Origin: a virus
Strand: one strand, 5' to 3'
Length of the DNA: 60,788 nucleotides
Virus record (IMG/VR): IMGVR_UViG_3300028610_001111
The stretch's first letter is position 1, and each line of letters begins with the position of its first letter. Below, in pieces: positions 35,919 through 44,084 of the stretch. Under the pieces are notes generated by a model. That model saw only the letters and a program-made list of their open reading frames with translations. It was not told the DNA's origin and made no database searches. The translations under genes and the position numbers were made by a program.

Positions 35919-36382
35919 GCGAAGAGACCAAAATATGCACGTGTTGCGGTAAGCCGTTGCCGTTGTCTGATTACTTTATGCAACCAAGCACGCGGATGCA
36001 TATGTATAAGACGGCGGCTTCTCAGAGGAGAGCTGTTTGTAAGAAGTGCATGAAGCAGCAGCAGAGAGACAATTATCGGGCATGGCTAGGCGGAATTGCT
36101 TCCTCACTCAGAAAAGCAGGGCATAAAAATGTAACCATAAACGGGATTATAGAGCAGCTTGGAGACCCGGAAAAATGCCATATATCTGGTGCACTTATAA
36201 CATGGAAAGAAGCATCCCCCGATCATGTAGTTCCTTTGTCCAGAGGCGGGGCCAGGACTCTTGATAATGTCAAATGGGCGCATAGGGATTGCAATATGAT
36301 GAAACATGGCTTGCCGATGGAAGAGTTTATGGAATGGATGAAAAAAATTCAGACCTACCAAAGGAACAAGAGCGATGGATAA
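35915..36382 (+). CDS. HNH endonuclease, paralogue A
   Basis: ...SPDHVVPLSRGGARTLDNVKWAHRDCNMMKH... The start is refined to ATG 35915 (MSEETKICTCCGKPLPLS). That N-terminus aligns with MDKEETKQCGDCKNPFPLS of paralogue B. Confidence 0.75.
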   Translation: MSEETKICTCCGKPLPLSDYFMQPSTRMHMYKTAASQRRAVCKKCMKQQQRDNYRAWLGGIASSLRKAGHKNVTINGIIEQLGDPEKCHISGALITWKEASPDHVVPLSRGGARTLDNVKWAHRDCNMMKHGLPMEEFMEWMKKIQTYQRNKSDG

Positions 36383-36854
36383 AGAAGAAACAAAGCAGTG
36401 CGGTGATTGCAAAAATCCGTTTCCCTTATCTACGGGCTTTTACTTGAGATCTAAAAAAGATCAAGCAAAGGCGCGGACCGAAGGCGGAAAGTATGGATCT
36501 ATATGTAGAAAATGTCTGAAAATCAGAGAGGAAACGAACGTCAACTTGAAATGGAGACGCATAGCTGGATCATTGCGGCGCAGAGGTGTCATAAATATTG
36601 GCCTACAGGAAGTCAAGGACCACCTCGGTGAGCCAAGCGTTTGTTACCTCTGTGGAAAACCGTTGAGCTGGGCTGACGCAAGCCCTGACCATATTATCCC
36701 TCTGTCAAAAGGAGGTTCGCCAACATTGGATAATGTGGCATGGACACACGCTGATTGCAATATGAGCAAGCACAGCCTGTTGTTAGCTGAGTTTGTGCAA
36801 TTGATAGAAGATATTCTTAAACACCAAAAAAAAGGAAAAAACAATGACGACTAA
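36375..36854 (+). CDS. HNH endonuclease, paralogue B
   Basis: ...SPDHIIPLSKGGSPTLDNVAWTHADCNMSKH..., with an N-terminal CxxC...CxxC. Confidence 0.75.
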   Translation: MDKEETKQCGDCKNPFPLSTGFYLRSKKDQAKARTEGGKYGSICRKCLKIREETNVNLKWRRIAGSLRRRGVINIGLQEVKDHLGEPSVCYLCGKPLSWADASPDHIIPLSKGGSPTLDNVAWTHADCNMSKHSLLLAEFVQLIEDILKHQKKGKNNDD

Positions 36855-37035
36855 ACAAGAGCTGTTGGAAGACTTTAACATCATGAGGGAACAGAATCTT
36901 CCTGTAGCTGAAACAGATGGATTCCGCGAACTTGAAGATATGGTAAAAAAGATAGACGAAAGGCGCTTGAGTCCAAATCAGGCACAAGTATTCAGTGACC
37001 TTGCAAAGAATTTGAACGCTATTATCGAAATATAA
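36844..37035 (+). CDS. hypothetical protein (63 aa)
   Basis: Track ORF. Confidence 0.5.
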   Translation: MTTKQELLEDFNIMREQNLPVAETDGFRELEDMVKKIDERRLSPNQAQVFSDLAKNLNAIIEI

Positions 37036-37150
37036 TTTAAATTGCGGGGACAGCTCTCGGTGAGGGAACCGAGTTTACTTAACGGTGCAACAACAAACAA
37101 CAATGCGGACAATCCGCATAAAGAGAGAAGTAAAAAAAGGAGGATATGTA

Positions 37151-37357
37151 ATGCAGATGGATGATGGACATTTAGAGATGATTGAAAAAGAGAGTACAAA
37201 ACCATTCCTAGATTGTGTAGAAAGAAATCCTGATCTTGTTTTCAATGTTGGCGAGACAGTGACCGTTAAGGGTGGTGATTTCAGGATAGAATCTATGGGG
37301 CGAAAAATGATGGTTCTTAGAGGTCTGCCCGGAACTCGTATCAACACGCAACAATAA
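37151..37357 (+). CDS. hypothetical protein (68 aa)
   Basis: In frame with track ORF 37085..37357; ATG 37151 follows AAGGAGG by 7 nt. Confidence 0.55.
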   Translation: MQMDDGHLEMIEKESTKPFLDCVERNPDLVFNVGETVTVKGGDFRIESMGRKMMVLRGLPGTRINTQQ

Positions 37358-37399
37358 CCGCCCTGGCAGCGATAGCCAGGCATTGAGGAGGATAAGGTC

Positions 37400-37702
37400 A
37401 TGAAGAAAACATTAATAGCAATAATGCTTATAGCTGTAGGCATTACAATCGGTTTGTTTATCGAAGTGCCAAGCACAAAGACACCGGTAGATGAAATAAG
37501 GGTATTGGCCGCTAAGATCGATAAGGCAGGTTATCACATAGAAGCGTCCTTGCTCTACGGGATAACCGCATCAATTGCAGGGTGCAGACAGTATGAACTT
37601 TCTGAACACTGTTTCCCTTTCTACGTTGAGATGAAATCTCAAATGGAACGCGCAAAAAGGGTTCTGAATTCACGCATTGAGGAGGGGGAATGTTATGAGT
37701 GA
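37400..37702 (+). CDS. membrane/secreted small protein (100 aa)
   Basis: N-terminus is MKKTLIAIMLIAVGITIGLFI; GAGGAGGA RBS upstream. Confidence 0.55.
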   Translation: MKKTLIAIMLIAVGITIGLFIEVPSTKTPVDEIRVLAAKIDKAGYHIEASLLYGITASIAGCRQYELSEHCFPFYVEMKSQMERAKRVLNSRIEEGECYE

Positions 37703-37871
37703 AGAACAAATAGACGCACTTATGTACCACATCACAGTGGAGGTTATCTATTCGATGAAGGCTCATGAGTGCGAACACCATCAAGGCAGCATGCAAGAAC
37801 TCAGCGATTTCGAAAGGAAAGTATTTCAATCGCGGGAAGATTTGAAAATAACCCTTTCTGCACGAGGATAG
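37695..37871 (+). CDS. hypothetical protein (58 aa)
   Basis: In frame with track ORF 37677..37871; ATG 37695 follows GGAGGGGG. Confidence 0.5.
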   Translation: MSEEQIDALMYHITVEVIYSMKAHECEHHQGSMQELSDFERKVFQSREDLKITLSARG

Positions 37872-37872
37872 C

Positions 37873-38001
37873 ATGACCCTGCAAACAGAACTGATAAGGC
37901 TTAAATTCAACATCCGAGCGAATCAGGCGGCAAGTGCCAAGCTGAGAAAAACTATCGCGGAAACGGCGGAAATATACAAACTAAAGGAGCATAAAGGATG
38001 A
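37873..38001 (+). CDS. hypothetical small helical ORF (42 aa)
   Basis: Hand translation MTLQTELIRLKFNIRANQAASAKLRKTIAETAEIYKLKEHKG*. Confidence 0.4.
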   Translation: MTLQTELIRLKFNIRANQAASAKLRKTIAETAEIYKLKEHKG

Positions 38002-38004
38002 ACC

Positions 38005-38208
38005 ATGAATAAACCAACCACAAGAACATCAAACCGCATACCGGAGCCTATTTTTATCCCATACCCGAGGAGAAGCATTATAGACTATGCAGGCATTATT
38101 GTTTTTACGATAGGCGTAGTGGTGTTGCTTACGGGTATGTGTTTAAGGATAGTTGAGCTTAAGAATCAAGTTAAGGAGAAAACTGAATCAACGCAGGAGG
38201 TTAAATAA
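38005..38208 (+). CDS. small membrane protein (67 aa)
   Basis: Track ORF; TM segment IIVFTIGVVVLLTGMCL. Confidence 0.55.
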   Translation: MNKPTTRTSNRIPEPIFIPYPRRSIIDYAGIIVFTIGVVVLLTGMCLRIVELKNQVKEKTESTQEVK

Positions 38209-38477
38209 TGGAAGCATATAAAGAACATGGCGGCTCTAGCAATGGAACAAGTGATAAAGTACGGTTCTCTCAATTACTAAAAGGTGATGTATTTAAACAC
38301 AGCGGTAGGGTGCTTATAAAAACAAGTTGGGTAAAGGTTGCAGACAGAAATGACTATCAAAAGATACTGACATTCAACGCATTAAGACTCACTATGCAGC
38401 CAGGAAGTAAAAGCAAGATAAGCCTAAGTACCTTTGTTGAGCCTTTCCCTGATGCAGCTATATACTTGAAAGGATAA
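38208..38477 (+). CDS. hypothetical protein (89 aa)
   Basis: Track ORF; TAATG overlap. Confidence 0.55.
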   Translation: MEAYKEHGGSSNGTSDKVRFSQLLKGDVFKHSGRVLIKTSWVKVADRNDYQKILTFNALRLTMQPGSKSKISLSTFVEPFPDAAIYLKG

Positions 38478-38479
38478 TA

Positions 38480-38632
38480 ATGGATAAGCTCCTCTCTAAC
38501 ATGATAATGTTTATGTTCCTGTCTTTTGTATGTACTTTGATGGTTGCTTATTTCAGGAGTGAGGCTGCATTCAAAAGGCAGTCGAAAACTAAAGAACGCA
38601 CCCGGAAATTCTACAACAAAATATTAAGCTAG
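38480..38632 (+). CDS. small membrane ORF (50 aa)
   Basis: Hand translation MDKLLSNMIMFMFLSFVCTLMVAYFRSEAAFKRQSKTKERTRKFYNKILS*. Confidence 0.45.
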   Translation: MDKLLSNMIMFMFLSFVCTLMVAYFRSEAAFKRQSKTKERTRKFYNKILS

Positions 38633-38645
38633 AAAGGCCAGTCAT

Positions 38646-38930
38646 ATGATGTTTTACAGAATATTAAGGTTGGAAGGAAAAGAAAATATGGACACCATCA
38701 GTATAGATGTATCAAGCAACGCTGATTTTATACTCTCCCCTGACGGGTCGTTCATAAAAGACAGGTATAACTTTGCCGGTACTTTTACCTTGGCACATGT
38801 TAAAAACCATCTAAAATCATTAACAGAAGAGCAGCGAATTGATTTCATTGATTCTTGTATGAAGGATTATTGTGGACTTTGCGGATCTTCTGAACTGCCT
38901 TGCTACTGTCATCCCAGTTTTGATGACTAA
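38646..38930 (+). CDS. hypothetical protein with C-terminal Cys cluster (94 aa)
   Basis: Track ORF; ...CGLCGSSELPCYCHP... Confidence 0.5.
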   Translation: MMFYRILRLEGKENMDTISIDVSSNADFILSPDGSFIKDRYNFAGTFTLAHVKNHLKSLTEEQRIDFIDSCMKDYCGLCGSSELPCYCHPSFDD

Positions 38931-38951
38931 CGCCAACCAGAAAGATTAAAT

Positions 38952-39119
38952 ATGCAAACAACTATATGCCCTAGATGTACAACAACGATCAGATTAAAAG
39001 AATATAACATCAAGCATTGCATTGCGGTGTGTCCGCTTTGCTGTAAAGTTGTAGAGATAAAAAAGCACGAGAAGGCAAAAACCTATCGCTATGCAAAAGA
39101 TGCATTGCATCAACTATAA
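38952..39119 (+). CDS. zinc-ribbon ORF (55 aa)
   Basis: Hand translation MQTTICPRCTTTIRLKEYNIKHCIAVCPLCCKVVEIKKHEKAKTYRYAKDALHQL*. Confidence 0.5.
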   Translation: MQTTICPRCTTTIRLKEYNIKHCIAVCPLCCKVVEIKKHEKAKTYRYAKDALHQL

Positions 39120-39128
39120 AGGAATGAG

Positions 39129-39917
39129 ATGAAAATCATCATACTAGGCAACGGCTTTTTGAGCAGAGCATATCAGGCCCGTGGCTATGAGCATGTGGAA
39201 CCACGGTTCGTGTTGCACGAGACTATATCAGCCACATTCGCGTCATTACGTGCGCTTTGCTTGTTTGCGGACGTGATAGTTAATTGCACTGGATGGGCTA
39301 ATACTAGGCTATGCGAGGGAACGCCTGAAATGGCAATGTTTGTGAACGGAGTTGTTCCTGCAAGAATCAGCGACTGGTGCGCCTTAAATAATAAGAAATA
39401 CGTTCACATCTCGACGGGATGCCTTTACGACCTTGCTCAAGCAAAAGAGACAGACCATATTTCCGCACATTGTGTCTACACGCTCTCTAAATGGATGGGA
39501 GAACTATCTATAGATAAAGAAAGAGACTTGATCCTTAGACCCAGGCTTTTATTTAATTCAGAGCGCACGCCTAAAAATTTCCTATTTAGGATGCAGTCAT
39601 TTGATTCAGCAGTAATAAATGCTCTTGATTCTTTTACTCATACACACACAGTAGTAGAAGCTACTAAAAAATTGCTTGATGCGAAAGTATCAGGAGTTTT
39701 TAATGTTGCTCAGACAGGCATTGCTTCCGTGCATGGTTTATGCGCTATTTGTAAAATACATAAAGAAAAAACAAGAATAGAAGTTCTGAGAAAACAAGAG
39801 AATATCCATCTAGTAAATTGCACCATGAATCTTGACAAACTTCTATACTACTATAAACCTGCGTTTTTTGTAGACTCTGTATCAAATGCATGGGCAAAAA
39901 TGATGAGGAAAATATGA
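39129..39917 (+). CDS. RmlD-like (dTDP-4-dehydrorhamnose reductase-type) SDR sugar-nucleotide reductase/epimerase
   Basis: MKIIILGNGFLS (degenerate Rossmann motif)...DVIVNCTGWAN...YVHISTGCLYD...YTLSKWMGE (YxxxK)...LILRPRLLF...NFLFRM. The collinear pattern matches RmlD as I remember it. Confidence 0.6.
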   Translation: MKIIILGNGFLSRAYQARGYEHVEPRFVLHETISATFASLRALCLFADVIVNCTGWANTRLCEGTPEMAMFVNGVVPARISDWCALNNKKYVHISTGCLYDLAQAKETDHISAHCVYTLSKWMGELSIDKERDLILRPRLLFNSERTPKNFLFRMQSFDSAVINALDSFTHTHTVVEATKKLLDAKVSGVFNVAQTGIASVHGLCAICKIHKEKTRIEVLRKQENIHLVNCTMNLDKLLYYYKPAFFVDSVSNAWAKMMRKI

Positions 39918-40027
39918 CAGCCAGAAAAGTAAGGTGCGAATGCGGCCATGAATTCAAAACAAAAGCTGTTAGGCCATATTGCAGCAAATGCAATAAGAAA
40001 ACTAAAATAGAATGGATCGACAAATGA
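39914..40027 (+). CDS. zinc-ribbon ORF (37 aa)
   Basis: Hand translation MTARKVRCECGHEFKTKAVRPYCSKCNKKTKIEWIDK*; ATGA overlaps at both ends. Confidence 0.45.
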   Translation: MTARKVRCECGHEFKTKAVRPYCSKCNKKTKIEWIDK

Positions 40028-40380
40028 ATGATTATGAATCTTGGCTGGTTGGCGTCATACGTAAACATCCTCTTGATGTGTTGCAGGTGCTAGGCGATCT
40101 ACTGAAAGCTGGTCTTGCCAGGGGGCAATGCTCTGCCAATGACATACGAGACAGAGACTACAGCAAGCCTCAATGCATAGGAGCCACATTCAAGATTCTT
40201 AAGAGGATGGGCTTTAAGCAGCTTGATAAACGCATAGCAAATACAAACAAAAAAGGGCATGGCAGGCGTGTGCACGTCTGGTCGCTGGAAGAAAGATATA
40301 AGGCTGAGAATGCAGTCAATAGCATCTCTTCAAAACTATTAAACGTGGACGGTAACGGCAACATGCTTTTACCAATGTGA
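40024..40380 (+). CDS. hypothetical protein (118 aa)
   Basis: In frame with track ORF 40012..40380; the start is probably the ATG at 40024, overlapping the preceding TGA. Confidence 0.55.
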   Translation: MNDYESWLVGVIRKHPLDVLQVLGDLLKAGLARGQCSANDIRDRDYSKPQCIGATFKILKRMGFKQLDKRIANTNKKGHGRRVHVWSLEERYKAENAVNSISSKLLNVDGNGNMLLPM

Positions 40381-40389
40381 GAAAATTAT

Positions 40390-40483
40390 GTAGTGGTGAT
40401 GGAATTGGAAGACATGCCGTTGCAAGCGGTTTTGAGTAAGTTTGCGATACTCAATATTGTAGGTTCGAATCCTACCCACTACA
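40390..40483 (+). tRNA. class II-shaped tRNA (long variable arm) with anticodon loop TTGCAAG, giving anticodon GCA (Cys) by hand fold
   Basis: Hand fold:
- Acceptor stem GTAGTGG / CCACTAC (7 bp), discriminator A, then CC.
- D arm ATG-GAATTGGAAGA-CAT; the loop is almost identical to the E. coli tRNA-Leu D loop as I remember it.
- Anticodon stem GCCG / CGGT.
- Variable arm TTGAGTA-(9 nt)-TACTCAA.
- T arm GTAGG-TTCGAAT-CCTAC. Confidence 0.75.
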
Positions 40484-40498
40484 CCTTAAGGAGATATC

Positions 40499-40774
40499 AT
40501 GTACTTAGAATGCTTAGACAAAGAGATAGACAAAAAATTAGAACAAACAGCCGAAGAATGTAGAAAAATAGTAGAATTTTACAATAATAAATCTTTGATC
40601 TACAGGTTGTTAAACGATTGTGATTCTATGATAAAGACTGATGTTTCTATTTTATGGATGAATTTTGATTTTTGGAAAAAAATGAGAAGAGCCAATATGG
40701 AGTTTGTAGAAGCTCAAAAAACCGCGACCAGCTTGATGGAGGATGTTATCAATGAAACTACTCTACCTAGATAA
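40499..40774 (+). CDS. hypothetical protein (91 aa)
   Basis: Track ORF; AAGGAG RBS 6 nt upstream. Confidence 0.6.
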   Translation: MYLECLDKEIDKKLEQTAEECRKIVEFYNNKSLIYRLLNDCDSMIKTDVSILWMNFDFWKKMRRANMEFVEAQKTATSLMEDVINETTLPR

Positions 40775-42788
40775 CAGCTTCGTGTGTGTGTGCACTTTCC
40801 AAAACAAACACATACCAAAGCAAGCCGGTTTTACGTGGGATGCAAAAAATAAACGATGGCATACTAACGATGAATTCAATGCTAGGAAATTGATTAATTT
40901 TGCTATACCCGATGTCAAGGCAAGACTGCAAGAGTCAAAGTCTAAGGCTGAAGAGATGGAAACTCTCAGCAGGTCAGGCACTTCAGATGCAGAAATACCT
41001 ATCCCCGCAGGACTAGAATATTTGCCTTTCCAAAAAGCAGGCATTAACCTTGCCTTGCAAATGATGCATGATGGTGACGGTGTTCTTATAGCTGATGAAA
41101 TGGGACTCGGGAAAACAATACAAGCCATAGGCGTAATCAATTCTACGCCATACAGGAAAATACTTGTCCTCTGCCCTGCATCCCTAAAACTTAATTGGCG
41201 TAATGAAATGAGGAAATGGCTTGTAAATAAAAACATGAGCATTGGTGTTGCATTCTCTAATCTGCCTTGGCCTAGAACAGACGTGATTATAATCAATTAT
41301 GATATACTGACTCAACCCTGTAAATTTTGCAAAGGCAAGCCTAAAGAGGTTAAAAAAGCCTGTTTGAAATGCAAAGGCAAAGGCAGTAAAATCATCTTTC
41401 CTGAATTACTTAATATGTGGGACGTAATAATAGCAGATGAGTGCCACACGTGCAAAAACCCTCAAACCAACAGAACAAAGATGTTTATGAGGCTTGATGG
41501 TAGAATCAAACTTGCTCTGACAGGTACTCCTATACTCAACAAGCCTATTGAGATACAGACAATTCTTTCATGGCTTGATAAAAAAACATGGGGAAACCGG
41601 TGGGCTTTCGCAAATAGATATTGCGGCATGTACAAAGATCAATACGGTATGCACATGGACGGAGCCTCAAATCTTCCAGAACTACAGAAAAAGATGCGTC
41701 AATCGCTCATGATCAGACGGCTTAAGAAGGACGTTCTAAAGGATCTACCGCCCAAATTCAGGCAAGTAATAGAACTGCCTGCCGCTGGCCTGGAGGGTGC
41801 TATCAAGGAAGAATGGGAAGCTCATAAGAATCTTGAAGCATCAATAGAAAACTTAAAGATAGCCGTGCAGCTTGCCAAGACTTCAGAAAATGATGAAGAC
41901 TACAGCAATGCCGTTGCCAAGCTAAAGGAAGGCAGAAATGCAGCATTCACGGAAATGGCTAGAATAAGAGTAGAAATAGCAGAGAAGAAAACACCTTATA
42001 TAATTACTCACCTGAAAGAAGCCCTTGAATCAGGCAATAAAATAGTATTCTTTGCTCATCATCATATAATGATAGATGCTGTTAAAGATAAATTCAAAGG
42101 CTGCGTAGTCATAACCGGAAAAACATCTCTTACCAACCGGCAAAAAGCTGTTGATTCGTTCCAAAAAGATCCTAAAGTATTGCTTTTTGTAGGGAATATG
42201 AAAGCCGCTGGCGTGGGGCTTACACTCACCGCCTCTTGTCATGTAATATTCGGAGAGCTTGACTGGGTACCTGCTAATCTCAGTCAAGCCGAGGACAGAA
42301 CGCACCGAATCGGACAGAAAGATAACGTACTTATTCAGCATTTAGTCCTTGAAGGAAGTCTAGATTCCGTTATGGCTAAACGGGTTATAGCAAAACAGGG
42401 CATGATTAAAATGGCCTTAGATGATACAACAGAATTCGAGGAGGAAGTTTTTGAAGTCGATGATTCTGCATGCGGTAACACTACCAGGAAAGAAATAGTT
42501 GCAAAGGCTCCGGCATTAAATCCTCAATACGTGCACATTATATTAAAAGCAATAAAGCTAGTATCTAATGCCTGTAACGGTGCAAGGACATTAGATGGTA
42601 CAGGATTCAGCAAGATTGATGCCGGTATAGGGCATAGCTTTGCCTCACAAAGTAGCTTGAGTCAAAAGCAGGCATGGCTGGCATTGAAAATAGCAAACAA
42701 ATACAGGAAACAGTTGCCGGATGAAGTTTCAGAAAGGATTACAGCTATTATACATGAATACGATACCGAATCAGTGCAGAATATGTAA
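40752..42788 (+). CDS. SNF2-family helicase/translocase with inserted zinc ribbon
   Basis: Motif I LIADEMGLGKTIQAIG, motif II IIADECHTCKN, and downstream ...LTGTPILNKP..., ...AGGVGLTLT..., ...QAEDRTHRIGQ... Insert is CKFCKGKPKEVKKACLKCKGKG. ATG 40752 lies 8 nt after GGAGGA. Confidence 0.85.
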   Translation: MKLLYLDNSFVCVCTFQNKHIPKQAGFTWDAKNKRWHTNDEFNARKLINFAIPDVKARLQESKSKAEEMETLSRSGTSDAEIPIPAGLEYLPFQKAGINLALQMMHDGDGVLIADEMGLGKTIQAIGVINSTPYRKILVLCPASLKLNWRNEMRKWLVNKNMSIGVAFSNLPWPRTDVIIINYDILTQPCKFCKGKPKEVKKACLKCKGKGSKIIFPELLNMWDVIIADECHTCKNPQTNRTKMFMRLDGRIKLALTGTPILNKPIEIQTILSWLDKKTWGNRWAFANRYCGMYKDQYGMHMDGASNLPELQKKMRQSLMIRRLKKDVLKDLPPKFRQVIELPAAGLEGAIKEEWEAHKNLEASIENLKIAVQLAKTSENDEDYSNAVAKLKEGRNAAFTEMARIRVEIAEKKTPYIITHLKEALESGNKIVFFAHHHIMIDAVKDKFKGCVVITGKTSLTNRQKAVDSFQKDPKVLLFVGNMKAAGVGLTLTASCHVIFGELDWVPANLSQAEDRTHRIGQKDNVLIQHLVLEGSLDSVMAKRVIAKQGMIKMALDDTTEFEEEVFEVDDSACGNTTRKEIVAKAPALNPQYVHIILKAIKLVSNACNGARTLDGTGFSKIDAGIGHSFASQSSLSQKQAWLALKIANKYRKQLPDEVSERITAIIHEYDTESVQNM

Positions 42789-42969
42789 ATACAAGCAAGA
42801 AACACATTGTTCCTGGCAGGGTATCGAATGCAAGGATAATGTGCCTTATGCCAAAGGAACGTGGTGTGGCATCGTCTGGCATGATCCTTTCTGGGAAATA
42901 TCAGGCAAAAGCAGGAAAGATAAGAAAAAAATTGAAATGAAACGTAAACTAGAAAGGATGAAATCATGA
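42754..42969 (+). CDS. Cys-rich small protein (71 aa)
   Basis: In frame with track ORF 42721..42969; the start was moved to ATG 42754 to reduce overlap with the SNF2 gene. Contains CRICKY...C. Confidence 0.45.
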   Translation: MNTIPNQCRICKYKQETHCSWQGIECKDNVPYAKGTWCGIVWHDPFWEISGKSRKDKKKIEMKRKLERMKS

Positions 42970-43310
42970 AACGAGGTATTAAAAAAGAAACTATAGAGCA
43001 TTACGACCGGATGATTACCTGGGCTGAGAAACAACCTCATGACACTATGCCCATGACTCTCCTTATGCTCCACGACATAGGAGAGTCATGGGATAGTAGA
43101 TATTGTTATTACTGTGATATATTTTTATTTAATCCCGAAAAAACATGTCCTTTGAATCTAATGTACACATATTGCAGAGGAAAAAATTGCTGTGGTGCCC
43201 TTTGGTCTGTTATGCAACAAGCACCAACATGGGGCACATGGATAGTAGCTGCAAAAAAAGTAAGAGCTTTCATCAAAAAAACACCACTAAACAAAGGTAG
43301 AACACTATGA
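42966..43310 (+). CDS. hypothetical Cys-rich protein (114 aa)
   Basis: Track ORF; ATGA overlap. Confidence 0.55.
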   Translation: MKRGIKKETIEHYDRMITWAEKQPHDTMPMTLLMLHDIGESWDSRYCYYCDIFLFNPEKTCPLNLMYTYCRGKNCCGALWSVMQQAPTWGTWIVAAKKVRAFIKKTPLNKGRTL

Positions 43311-43543
43311 ACAAATGTATCGAATGTGCTTTATACCACCCGTCACCCAAGCTTGCAGGCGGTAGATGTCCTCATACAGGCAATGAGTCCAGATTTAAAG
43401 ATGATACCTGTGTGCGCAAAATTAAAAATCCCGAGGGTGTTATGATCTATGCTTTTGAAGCAAAGCCTGTTGATAAAGCTGTTGATAAGCCAGCCGGAAA
43501 GCCTCTATCACTGGGCGAAGACCCTCAAATAACTTATTCATAA
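43307..43543 (+). CDS. hypothetical zinc-ribbon protein (78 aa)
   Basis: Track ORF; CIEC...RCPH. Confidence 0.55.
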   Translation: MNKCIECALYHPSPKLAGGRCPHTGNESRFKDDTCVRKIKNPEGVMIYAFEAKPVDKAVDKPAGKPLSLGEDPQITYS

Positions 43544-43550
43544 AAAAGTG

Positions 43551-43579
43551 TTGACAGGGAAAAGCTAATAACATAAAGT
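43551..43579 (+). promoter_or_regulatory. sigma70-like promoter driving the structured RNA at 43586..43694
   Basis: TTGACA (43551-43556), 17-nt spacer, TAAAGT (43574-43579). Confidence 0.5.
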
Positions 43580-43585
43580 TTAAAT

Positions 43586-43694
43586 CGCTATGACAAATAG
43601 AGATATTAAATCTAGTAAATTCGAACCCCAAACCATTGCGTACTTTCAGATTATATCTCTAAGTCATAGCAGCGCATTGGCGAGGGGTTTTTTT
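43586..43694 (+). ncRNA. candidate ~109-nt structured small RNA (long nested hairpin, loop-to-tail pairing, U7 tail)
   Basis: Pairings read directly:
- GCTATGAC (43587-94) with GTCATAGC (43663-70).
- AGAGATAT (43599-606) with ATATCTCT (43653-60).
- AATCT with AGATT.
- Apical CCCCAAACCATTGCG (43626-40) is largely complementary to CGCATTGGCGAGGGG (43673-87).
- The element ends in TTTTTTT (43688-94).
No ORF is present. Confidence 0.5.
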
Positions 43695-43706
43695 AAGGAC
43701 TAAATT

Positions 43707-44081
43707 ATGATCTATTACCGTCAAAAATACATCACACTAACTGGTATAGATTTACCCTCTCAATTCCATGTTCACCATATGGATCACTGCAAGGAAAATA
43801 ATTCAATTCATAACCTAGTAGCTCTCCCAAACTCGCTACATATGAAGTTTCACGCCGCGTACAGTCTATGTTTTGATGATGCATATGAATGTACACTTAA
43901 TAAAGATTTCATGCTTCTTAGTAGCGGTAATAACGGAATGGTATCTATACTTATAGCTCAAATGACAAATCTTGCTGCTTTGTATGACGAATGCCAAAGA
44001 TGGTTATTTTTTCGTAACTTTTTACTTGGTAAATACGAATATAATTTTTATGAGTTATCATATGAAACCTATAAAGGATGA
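43707..44081 (+). CDS. HNH endonuclease-like protein (124 aa)
   Basis: ...QFHVHHMDHCKENNSIHNLVALPNSLHMKFH... (HH..D...N...NL..L....H...H). Confidence 0.6.
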   Translation: MIYYRQKYITLTGIDLPSQFHVHHMDHCKENNSIHNLVALPNSLHMKFHAAYSLCFDDAYECTLNKDFMLLSSGNNGMVSILIAQMTNLAALYDECQRWLFFRNFLLGKYEYNFYELSYETYKG

Positions 44082-44084
44082 ATA

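Noticed and set aside
43586-44081. HEARO/omega-RNA plus IscB-like RNA-guided nuclease, suggested by a structured RNA next to an HNH ORF
   Set aside because: The HNH ORF is only 124 aa with no RuvC segments, and the RNA is ~109 nt, far shorter than HEARO-type RNAs. An ordinary stand-alone HNH is more likely.
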